Positions 19,129-26,968 of a DNA stretch of 58,801 bases are shown in pieces. Every line of letters begins with the position of its first letter. Position 1 is the stretch's first letter. Made by a program: the position numbers and the translations under genes. The DNA lies in the NCBI GenBank assembly GCA_905479875.1, contig CAJQOG010000153.1, positions 1 to 58,801 on the forward strand, written 5' to 3'. The DNA is from an uncultured Gammaproteobacteria bacterium (GTDB lineage Bacteria; Pseudomonadota; Gammaproteobacteria; Steroidobacterales; JABDMI01). The notes beneath the pieces were generated by a model that saw only the letters and a list, made by a program, of their open reading frames with translations, did no database searches and had not been told where the DNA came from.

Positions 19129-19869
19129 ATGAGTAAAGAGATGACAAAATTAGCTATCATTGGTGGCACGGGTATGACAAAACTTGATGGCTTAGAAATT
19201 ATTCGTCGTGAAGCGGTTTATACACCTTATGGTGAAACTTCTGGTTTTTTGATTTTTGGAAAATTGAATGAAAGAGAAATCTGTTTTTTACCACGTCATG
19301 GACATTCGTATACTATTCCTCCGCATAAAGTTAATTACCGAGCCAATATCTGGGCCTTGAAATCATTTGGAATTACGGATGTTATTGCAGTAAATGCGGT
19401 TGGCGGGATTGCTAAAAATACACCGCCAGGCATAGTAGTTATACCCGACCAAATAATCGATTACACCTATGGAAGAGAGCATACTTTTTCAGATGGAAAT
19501 AAGCCTAATGTTCAACATATCGATTTTACAAAGCCGTATTCTGAAGAGTTGCGTATTGAACTAATATCAGCCGCAGAAAAGGCAAATGTTGAAATAGTAG
19601 AGGATGGAGTTTATGCGGTGACACAAGGGCCACGTTTAGAATCTGCAGCTGAAGTAAACAGACTGGAAAATGATGGTTGTACTTTAATCGGTATGACTGG
19701 AATGCCTGAGGCGGGATTAGCAAGAGAACTTGGTCTTAATTATGTTAGTTGTGCATTTGTAGTAAATTGGGCAGCAGGTCGTGGAGAATTAGATATACAT
19801 GCCGATATTGAAAAATATCTTAATAAAGGCATGCATTCGGTAAGAGCAATTCTTAAAGCATTTATTTAA
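19129..19869 (+). CDS. mtnP: S-methyl-5'-thioadenosine/S-methyl-5'-thioinosine phosphorylase (PNP/MTAP family). The start is uncertain among 19120, 19129 and 19141.
   Basis: LAIIGGTG, FLPRHG, PHKVNYRANIWAL and TQGPRLES..IGMTGMPE motifs of the MTAP family. Confidence 0.9.
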   Translation: MSKEMTKLAIIGGTGMTKLDGLEIIRREAVYTPYGETSGFLIFGKLNEREICFLPRHGHSYTIPPHKVNYRANIWALKSFGITDVIAVNAVGGIAKNTPPGIVVIPDQIIDYTYGREHTFSDGNKPNVQHIDFTKPYSEELRIELISAAEKANVEIVEDGVYAVTQGPRLESAAEVNRLENDGCTLIGMTGMPEAGLARELGLNYVSCAFVVNWAAGRGELDIHADIEKYLNKGMHSVRAILKAFI

Positions 19870-19873
19870 AAGT

Positions 19874-20725
19874 TTAATTACTGGTTTTTTTAGCCATATT
19901 AAAAGTTTCTTCAATATTTAATTCTACTCTGATCTCTTGGATATATTTTTCCAAACGATCTTGTTTGATTTTTTGTTCTATTCTTGGGCGTAGATTTTCT
20001 AATGGTGGCGCTGAACCTATGCGTTCATCTTCTTTGAAAATTACATGAAAGCCATCCTTCGTTTGTACCGCTTCTTGTGAAAAACTCCCTTTTTCTAAAT
20101 TAATAGAAGCAGCTGAAAACTCTGGATACATTTGGCCTGGATAAAACCACATTAAGTCGCCACCATTTTGTGCAGATGGTCCAATAGAATTTTCTTTGGC
20201 AAGTTTAGAAAAGTCAGAGTTTGGTTTTTTTAAGCTCTCAATAACTGCTTGAGCTTCTTCTGCAGTGTTTAAAAGTATGTGTTTAACTTTTAGTTGTGGA
20301 ATTTCAAACTCGGCCTTAGCTATTTCATACTGTGCTGCTATGTCGACACTATTGATAGGGTTATCTTTTTCAAATTTCCGTAGCAATGCTTGTGCTAACA
20401 GATTTTTCTTCATATTGTGTGTTTGTAGTAAAAAATCCTCAGTTTTATCAAGACCATTAGAAATCGCTTTGCGACTTAGTAGCTCCAATTGTACAAACTC
20501 TGTAAACAGGTTATTTTGCACTTCTGGATTCATTTTCTCAAGGTCTTGTTGAGTGCGACTTTTCACGTAGCTTGCAAACTCGTTTTTATAGACACTGTGC
20601 TCACCTAGCTTAATGATTTGTTCTTGATCGGCAATTAATGCTTTACTTAATTCTAGATTATTATTTTGATTACAAGCGAAAAGTAAGCTTGTTGCTAAAA
20701 GCGAAAGTGCGAGTGTTTTTTTCAT
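19874..20725 (-). CDS. Parvulin-type peptidyl-prolyl isomerase lipoprotein (SurA/PpiD-like)
   Basis: Lipobox signal MKKTLALSLLATSLLFAC. The C-terminal PpiC rotamase domain reads KVKHILL...GGDLMWF...GFHVIF. Confidence 0.85.
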   Translation of the reverse strand: MKKTLALSLLATSLLFACNQNNNLELSKALIADQEQIIKLGEHSVYKNEFASYVKSRTQQDLEKMNPEVQNNLFTEFVQLELLSRKAISNGLDKTEDFLLQTHNMKKNLLAQALLRKFEKDNPINSVDIAAQYEIAKAEFEIPQLKVKHILLNTAEEAQAVIESLKKPNSDFSKLAKENSIGPSAQNGGDLMWFYPGQMYPEFSAASINLEKGSFSQEAVQTKDGFHVIFKEDERIGSAPPLENLRPRIEQKIKQDRLEKYIQEIRVELNIEETFNMAKKTSN

Positions 20726-20771
20726 TCTAAGCTCTTTGTATAGTTAAATTAAATCGTTATTTTGTGATTCT

Positions 20772-21623
20772 TTAAAAAACTTCATCGGGTGTTTTAGCGT
20801 CAATTGCTAAGGCATGAATATCTGTTTGCATCATACTTCCTAATGCTTTATAAATGAACTGATGCCTTTGAATTGAGCGCATATCTGTAAAGACTTTACT
20901 GATGATATTTAACCGAAAATGTCCACCACCATCTTCTGCGCCAGAATGTCCGGCATGTAAGTGGCTTTCATTTTCTAGGTTGATTGAAGCATCAGGCATG
21001 GCCTCTGTGAGTAAGCGCGTAATAAGTTCCTCTCGAGTGAACTCGGTTGATTCAGTCTGAGAAGTTTCTTTTTCCTTGGTTTCGTCTTCAATAAATTCAC
21101 CATTCTTCATTAGCCAAATGCCTTGTAGGATGGAGAAAACCAGAGTTGCACCTAGCAGACCAAAAACTTTAAACTTAACCCAAAATGCCATTGAGTAGTT
21201 ATAGGCAACGAATAAATTTACAAATCCGATAACAACAAAAAATATCACCCACATTAAACTGAGTTTGAACCAATTTTTATCGCTCAGTAATACTGCTTTA
21301 CCAAAAAGTGATTTAATTAATGGTTGCTTTGCAAATTTATGCGTAGCAAGAAAAGCAATTGCAAATGCCCAGTTAGCAATGCTCGGTTTCCATTGTATAA
21401 ATTTTTCATTTTTAAAGAAAAGTGTAAGGGCCCCTAAAATTAGAATGAAAGCTAAAGTACCTTTGTGCATTGTACTTAGTTTGCCATCAAGCTTCCAAAT
21501 ATAGAGCATACCTAAGCTGTAGCTAAGCATTAGTGCTGCTGTTGCTAAATATATATCTTTGCCTGTTGCAAAAAAAACAACTAGAAATAACCCAAGAGGG
21601 AGGTATTCAGCTAATTGACGCAT
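20772..21623 (-). CDS. yciB: Fusion of intracellular septation protein A (YciB/IspZ) with a C-terminal BolA-family domain
   Basis: Residues 1 to about 180 align by eye with E. coli YciB (LPL..F...Y....IY.ATAAL; FIQWKP; PLIKSLFGK; KFKVFGL). Residues from about 205 to 283 carry the BolA pattern (ENESHLHAGH...GGHFRLNIISKVF...RHQFIYKAL...IHALAIDAKTPDE). Confidence 0.85.
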   Translation of the reverse strand: MRQLAEYLPLGLFLVVFFATGKDIYLATAALMLSYSLGMLYIWKLDGKLSTMHKGTLAFILILGALTLFFKNEKFIQWKPSIANWAFAIAFLATHKFAKQPLIKSLFGKAVLLSDKNWFKLSLMWVIFFVVIGFVNLFVAYNYSMAFWVKFKVFGLLGATLVFSILQGIWLMKNGEFIEDETKEKETSQTESTEFTREELITRLLTEAMPDASINLENESHLHAGHSGAEDGGGHFRLNIISKVFTDMRSIQRHQFIYKALGSMMQTDIHALAIDAKTPDEVF

Positions 21624-21746
21624 TGTCTAAGTCTCAGTTATTTTTATTAGTCCGCTATGATACTTTAAATAGAATCAAAAAAGCACTGAGTAACGATACA
21701 ATTACTAATTCAAAACACTTATTGTGCAATTAGTTATAATAACAAA

Positions 21747-22367
21747 ATGACCCAATATTTTGAAATACATCCAGATAACCCTCAAGCAAGAATCATTCGC
21801 AGTGCTGTAGAAATGATACGTGCTGGGGCTGTGGTTGTGTATCCAACCGACTCTTCCTACGCCTTGGGTTGTCATATTGGGGATAAGATTGCGATGCAAA
21901 AAATCGCCCGTATTCGTGAATTTGATAAAAACCATCATTTTACTTTGGTATGTCGTGATCTATCAGAAATTTCGACTTATGCGAAAGTTGATAATGCCGC
22001 ATACCGCTTACTCAAAGCGCATACACCTGGTGCATACACTTTTCTATTGAAGGCTACAAAAGAAGTGCCTAAGCGTTTACAAAATGCCAAACGTAAAACC
22101 ATTGGATTACGAGTGCCAGACCACCTTGTTGCACAGGCTTTATTAGAGGAGTTGGGCGAACCCATTATGAGTACAACCTTGATTATGCCAGGTGCTGACT
22201 CACCGTTAAGTGATCCAGATGATATACGGGAATTATTGTCTAATCAGGTTGATCTTATAATTGATTCAGGCAATTGCGGTCTTGAAGCGACGAGTATTAT
22301 TGACCTAGTTAGTGGCGCCCCCCAAGTCATAAGAAGTGGTAAGGGCGATGTATCTGATTTTGTGTAA
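21747..22367 (+). CDS. yciO: L-threonylcarbamoyladenylate synthase-like protein, YciO/YrdC/Sua5 family
   Basis: VVYPTDSSYALGC, KNHHFTLV, GLRVPDH and STTL motifs. At 206 aa it is YciO-sized. Confidence 0.85.
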   Translation: MTQYFEIHPDNPQARIIRSAVEMIRAGAVVVYPTDSSYALGCHIGDKIAMQKIARIREFDKNHHFTLVCRDLSEISTYAKVDNAAYRLLKAHTPGAYTFLLKATKEVPKRLQNAKRKTIGLRVPDHLVAQALLEELGEPIMSTTLIMPGADSPLSDPDDIRELLSNQVDLIIDSGNCGLEATSIIDLVSGAPQVIRSGKGDVSDFV

Positions 22368-22512
22368 GATTACTGGTTGAACTGAACAATTTTCTGTATT
22401 TAACTAACTTGTTTAATTTATCGTCAAAAGTGCTGTTCTTTTGATAAACTTTCTTATTTCTGAGCTCAATTCTGAGTAAACAAATTAACCAAACTCCGTA
22501 TAATTTCAGCCT

Positions 22513-23184
22513 ATGGATTTGACTTTAATATTGCAAAAAATCACCTTATTTAGCGTGCCTTTTTTGTTAGCGATAATAGTGCATGAATTGGCACATGGTT
22601 TAGCAGCAAAACGCTATGGTGACCGCACAGCAGAAATGCTTGGACGATTGACACTAAATCCATCGAAACATATTGATCCATTAGGCACTATAGTTTTTCC
22701 TCTAGTATTATTGTTATCAGGAAGTGGTTTTTTATTTGGTTGGGCAAAGCCCGTTCCTGTTAATACTAGGAACTTGCGTGACCCTAAAAAGAGCATGGTA
22801 AAAGTGGCTGCTGCGGGTCCATTGTCAAATTTCTTAATGGCAATAGCTTGGGCAATCGTTTTAGCCGTGGCAGTTAGAGCACAACTTTTCGGGAGTTTTT
22901 CTCAAGCCGTTTCTACCATGGCATATTTCGGTGTAAGTTTTAATGTGTTGCTTATGATATTTAACTTACTGCCTATACCTCCTTTAGATGGTGGAAGAAT
23001 TGCAGTTGGAGTCTTACCTAATGAACAAAGCAGGGCGCTCTCAAAATTAGAGCCTTATGGAATGTTCATTATTATTGCTTTAGTTTATTTTGCATCTAAA
23101 AATGTACTACCGAGTTTTTTAAATTTTTTTGCCTTGATTGATTGGGCTACCTATAAAATCATTGCACTGTTTGCAGTGGGTTGA
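22513..23184 (+). CDS. Site-2 protease family (M50) membrane zinc metalloprotease
   Basis: HELAHG zinc motif in the first TM helix, multiple TM helices, and LLPIPPLDGG. Confidence 0.85.
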   Translation: MDLTLILQKITLFSVPFLLAIIVHELAHGLAAKRYGDRTAEMLGRLTLNPSKHIDPLGTIVFPLVLLLSGSGFLFGWAKPVPVNTRNLRDPKKSMVKVAAAGPLSNFLMAIAWAIVLAVAVRAQLFGSFSQAVSTMAYFGVSFNVLLMIFNLLPIPPLDGGRIAVGVLPNEQSRALSKLEPYGMFIIIALVYFASKNVLPSFLNFFALIDWATYKIIALFAVG

Positions 23185-23206
23185 TAATTTTTACAAAGAA
23201 TAAAAA

Positions 23207-24424
23207 ATGAGCCTTATTGAGAATAATCGAGTTGTTTCTGGAATGCGTCCTACAGGTGCTTTGCACCTGGGTAATTATCATGGCGCGTTAAAAAATTGGA
23301 TTAAGTTACAACACGAATATGATTGTTTTTATTTCGTAGCTGATTGGCATGCACTAACCACTCATTACGATGACCCAGCGCAAGTTGAACGAAATACTTG
23401 GGAAATGGTGACAGATTGGCTTGCGGCAGGTCTTAATCCAAAATCATCGACCATTTTTGTGCAATCAAAAGTACTTGAGCATGCTGAGCTACATTTACTA
23501 TTAAGCATGATTGCTCCACTCAGTTGGTTAGAACGAGTGCCTACTTATAAAGATCAAATTGAAAAATTAAAAGAACGTGATTTAGCTACCTACGGTTTTT
23601 TGGGTTACCCAGTATTGCAAAGTTCAGATATCCTTTTATATAGACCAGCACATGTACCAGTTGGAGAAGATCAAGTAGCACACGTTGAAATAACTCGTGA
23701 ATTAGCGCGTCGTTTTAATCATTTATATGGGCGTGAACCTGGGTTTGAAGACAAAGTTGAAAAAGCTCTAAAGTCTATGGGTAAGTCTTCAGCCAAAAAA
23801 TTTAAAGCATTGAGAAAATCTTATCAAGAAAAGGGTTTTGATGATTCTTTGCAAAGTGCATATCAACTTATTTCAGAGTTAAGTCATTTAACTATTGCAG
23901 ATAGAGAGAGGTTGCAAGGTTATTTAGAGGGAAGTGGTCGTAGTATATTAGTTGAGCCTCAATCATTACTGACTCCTGTACCTAAGATGCCTGGTTTGGA
24001 TGGACAGAAAATGTCTAAGTCTTACGGTAACACTATAGCCTTACGTGAAGATCCTGATGATTTAGTTAAAAAAATTAAAACAATGCCAACTGATCCAGCA
24101 AGAGTTCGTCGTACAGATCCTGGTACACCAGAAAAATGCCCAGTTTGGGATTTTCACAAAATTTATTCTGATGAAATCACACAGCGCTGGGTAAATGAGG
24201 GATGTACTACAGCAGGTATTGGGTGTATTGATTGTAAAATGAAAGTGGTTGAGCCAATACAAGCTGAAATTGCACCTATTCGTGCTCGTGGACAAGAGCT
24301 AGAGCGACACCAAGATCATGTGCACGCCATTATTAAAGAAGGCTGTGATGCGGCTCGTGAAGTCGCTAATGAAACCATGACCGATGTTCGTAAAGCTGTT
24401 GGCTTACAATATTCTGAAATTTAA
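23207..24424 (+). CDS. trpS: Tryptophan--tRNA ligase, long form with an insertion and a C-terminal Cys4 motif
   Basis: HIGH-type motif (GALHLGNYHG), GEDQVAHVE and KMSKS. At 405 aa it is longer than the 334 aa I remember for E. coli TrpRS. Confidence 0.95.
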   Translation: MSLIENNRVVSGMRPTGALHLGNYHGALKNWIKLQHEYDCFYFVADWHALTTHYDDPAQVERNTWEMVTDWLAAGLNPKSSTIFVQSKVLEHAELHLLLSMIAPLSWLERVPTYKDQIEKLKERDLATYGFLGYPVLQSSDILLYRPAHVPVGEDQVAHVEITRELARRFNHLYGREPGFEDKVEKALKSMGKSSAKKFKALRKSYQEKGFDDSLQSAYQLISELSHLTIADRERLQGYLEGSGRSILVEPQSLLTPVPKMPGLDGQKMSKSYGNTIALREDPDDLVKKIKTMPTDPARVRRTDPGTPEKCPVWDFHKIYSDEITQRWVNEGCTTAGIGCIDCKMKVVEPIQAEIAPIRARGQELERHQDHVHAIIKEGCDAAREVANETMTDVRKAVGLQYSEI

Positions 24425-24467
24425 TTGTTATTTATAACTCATCTCTTAGAAAAAAATAGGAAGTAAT

Positions 24468-25424
24468 GTGAACTCACCTGATATAAGTGAAAACACCACT
24501 GCAAAAACTTTAAGCATTGTGCAGCCTCAGCAAGATGAGATGCCATTTGCTTTTGTAGCTGGTGAGCCATTAACGGAGATGCCAAAGGATTTATACATTC
24601 CACCGGATGCATTAGAAATTTTTCTTGAAGCATTTGAAGGGCCATTGGATTTATTACTGTATCTAATTAAAAGACAGAACATTGATATTTTAAATATACC
24701 AATTGCTGAAATTACCAAACAGTACACTTCATATATTGAGCTTATGGAAGTACTGCATCTAGAGCTTGCTGGTGAGTATTTACTAATGGCGGCAATGCTC
24801 GCTGAAATTAAATCACGCATGCTATTACCTCGAGTTAACGATGAAGAGGCTGATGAAAATGATCCGCGTGCAGAATTAATTCGTCGTTTACAAGAGTATG
24901 AAAGATTTAAAACAGCGGCTGAAAATATTGACCATTTACCCCGTTTAGAACGCGATACCTTTGAAGTTAGTGCAGATGTAATTGAGCGTAATATTGTAAA
25001 GCAAGAACCTGTAGTTGAGCTTAAAGAGATTTTGCTAGCATTTGCAGCTGTGGTAAAACGTTCAGAGATGTTTACTCATCATCATATTAATTTTGAAAAA
25101 TTATCAGTTCGCCAGCGTATGGGAGAGTTGTTAATGCGTTTGGACGATGAGAATTATGTAGAGTTTACTGATTTGTTTGATGTTACAGAAGGGCGCATGG
25201 GTGTAGTGGTAACCTTGCTAGCTATACTTGAACTTACTAAAGAAGCATTAATGGATATCATTCAAGCTGAACCTTATGCAAAAATTCATGTTAAACGCGC
25301 AACTATGAAGGCTGAAGGAGAGAGCGAAATTGCTGCAGCTGATAATCTTGAAGCGCTGTTGCCAAAAACAACTTATGCAGATGAAATTGCTACTGATCAA
25401 GATAATAAGACAGGATCTGAATAA
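24468..25424 (+). CDS. scpA: Segregation and condensation protein A (GTG start assumed)
   Basis: GPLDLLLYLIKRQNIDILNIPIAEIT and DPRAELIRRLQEYERFK motifs. scpB follows. Confidence 0.92.
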   Translation: MNSPDISENTTAKTLSIVQPQQDEMPFAFVAGEPLTEMPKDLYIPPDALEIFLEAFEGPLDLLLYLIKRQNIDILNIPIAEITKQYTSYIELMEVLHLELAGEYLLMAAMLAEIKSRMLLPRVNDEEADENDPRAELIRRLQEYERFKTAAENIDHLPRLERDTFEVSADVIERNIVKQEPVVELKEILLAFAAVVKRSEMFTHHHINFEKLSVRQRMGELLMRLDDENYVEFTDLFDVTEGRMGVVVTLLAILELTKEALMDIIQAEPYAKIHVKRATMKAEGESEIAAADNLEALLPKTTYADEIATDQDNKTGSE

Positions 25425-25477
25425 GCGATAACTCAGAGTAAGAAAATTTAAATTATTTATTGATAGAAACTTAAATT

Positions 25478-26113
25478 ATGAATATTGATGTTGTAAAAAA
25501 TATATTAGAAGCCTCGATACTAGCATCTTCAAAACCGATGTCTGTAGATAATCTTATTACTGTTTTTGGTGCGGGCGAAAAGCCTGATAAAGCATTAATT
25601 CGTAAAGCCCTAGCTGCTTTACAAGAAGATTATACTGATAGAGGTACTGAACTAGTTGAAGTGGCCAGTGGTTTTCGTATGCAGGTTAATACAAAGTATA
25701 CTGAGTGGGTCTCTCGTTTATGGCAAGAACGTCCGCCAAAATATTCACGCGCTTTGTTAGAAACCATGGCCATTATTGCCTACCGCCAACCAGCAACTCG
25801 TGGAGACGTGGAGCAGATAAGAGGTGTTGCAGTTAGTACTAATATTATTCGTACACTAGAAGAACGTGGCTGGGTAAGAGTGCTTGGCCATCGAGATGTT
25901 CCTGGGCGACCTGCTATGTTTGGAACTACCAAAGAGTTTCTCGATTATTTCGGTTTGAAAAAATTAGATGAATTGCCAAGCTTGGCTGAAATTCGTGACC
26001 TTGACAGTTTGAATGTAGAAATGGATCTTAATCCTGATGTGCTTGTTAAAGTAACAAGTGATGATAGCGAAGATGATATGGATCGTAAGGCTCTCCTCTC
26101 CGAAGAGGAATAA
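25478..26113 (+). CDS. scpB: Segregation and condensation protein B
   Basis: ALLETMAIIAYRQPATRGDVEQIRGV and GRPAMFGTTKEFLDYFGL motifs. Confidence 0.93.
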   Translation: MNIDVVKNILEASILASSKPMSVDNLITVFGAGEKPDKALIRKALAALQEDYTDRGTELVEVASGFRMQVNTKYTEWVSRLWQERPPKYSRALLETMAIIAYRQPATRGDVEQIRGVAVSTNIIRTLEERGWVRVLGHRDVPGRPAMFGTTKEFLDYFGLKKLDELPSLAEIRDLDSLNVEMDLNPDVLVKVTSDDSEDDMDRKALLSEEE

Positions 26114-26124
26114 TTGGAAAATAT

Positions 26125-26892
26125 ATGACCGATACTCAAGATGATGCTGTTCGTCTACAGAAACTTATTGCTAATGCTGGTGTTGCTTCACGTCGTGAAG
26201 TTGAACGTTGGATAGATGCTGGACGAATTGTACTTAATGGTGTGCAAGCCAAATTAGGAGATAAAGCCACAATTAATGATCGTATCGAAATTGATGGAGT
26301 TCTGCTAAAAACTCGTAAAAAAACTAATACGGAGCACCGCACGGTTGTATTACATAAACCCGTAGGAGTTCTGTGTACTAGGAATGATCCTGAAGGTCGC
26401 CCTACAGTTTTTGAATTGCTTCCTACGCTTTATCAAGGGCGGTGGATTCAGGTGGGACGCTTAGATATAAATACCAGTGGTTTGATTATTTTTACGACTG
26501 ATGGTGAGTTAGCTCACCGTTTAATGCATCCTTCGTATGAAGTAGAACGTGAATATGCAGTAAGAATATTAGGTCTTCCTGAATACGAGACAATTCAAAA
26601 GCTTTTAAAAGGTGTTGAGTTGGATGACGGAATTGGAAAGTTTCACAAAATCGAAGCACAAGTCAGTAATGAAAAAAGAAGTGACAGCGCTAATAATTGG
26701 TTCCACGTAATTCTTAAAGAAGGGAAGAAAAGAGAAGTACGTCGTTTATGGGAAGCAGTAGGGCATAAGGTCAATCGACTGATGAGAATTCGCTATGCCA
26801 ATATACGTTTACACCGAGAAATAAAACCTAAGGAATATTTTGATTTAACCGGACAGCAGTTACTCGAGCTTAAAAGTAAAGTTAAGCTTTAG
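26125..26892 (+). CDS. rluB: 23S rRNA pseudouridine synthase B (RsuA/RluB family)
   Basis: N-terminal S4 domain (RLQKLIANAGVASRREVERWI) and catalytic GRLDINTSGLIIFT. Confidence 0.9.
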   Translation: MTDTQDDAVRLQKLIANAGVASRREVERWIDAGRIVLNGVQAKLGDKATINDRIEIDGVLLKTRKKTNTEHRTVVLHKPVGVLCTRNDPEGRPTVFELLPTLYQGRWIQVGRLDINTSGLIIFTTDGELAHRLMHPSYEVEREYAVRILGLPEYETIQKLLKGVELDDGIGKFHKIEAQVSNEKRSDSANNWFHVILKEGKKREVRRLWEAVGHKVNRLMRIRYANIRLHREIKPKEYFDLTGQQLLELKSKVKL

Positions 26893-26916
26893 GGAATTAT
26901 GCTAATAAGGTATAAA

Positions 26917-26948
26917 TAAAAAAACCACTCTAATTGAGTGGTTTTTTT
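26917..26948. terminator. Bidirectional rho-independent terminator between the convergent rluB and TonB-domain genes
   Basis: An A-run, the stem ccactc/gagtgg (26925-26930 and 26936-26941) and a T-run. It reads as a terminator on both strands. Confidence 0.8.
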
Positions 26949-26968
26949 ATTTTCTTTAAAGTGCTAAA

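Noticed and set aside
22476-22515. A perfect TATAAT (22499-22504) only 8 nt before the ATG of the M50 protease gene, with no Shine-Dalgarno sequence, suggesting a leaderless mRNA.
   Set aside because: There is no convincing -35 element (gtaaac at 17-nt spacing), and AT-rich DNA generates TATAAT by chance. It cannot be supported without TSS data.
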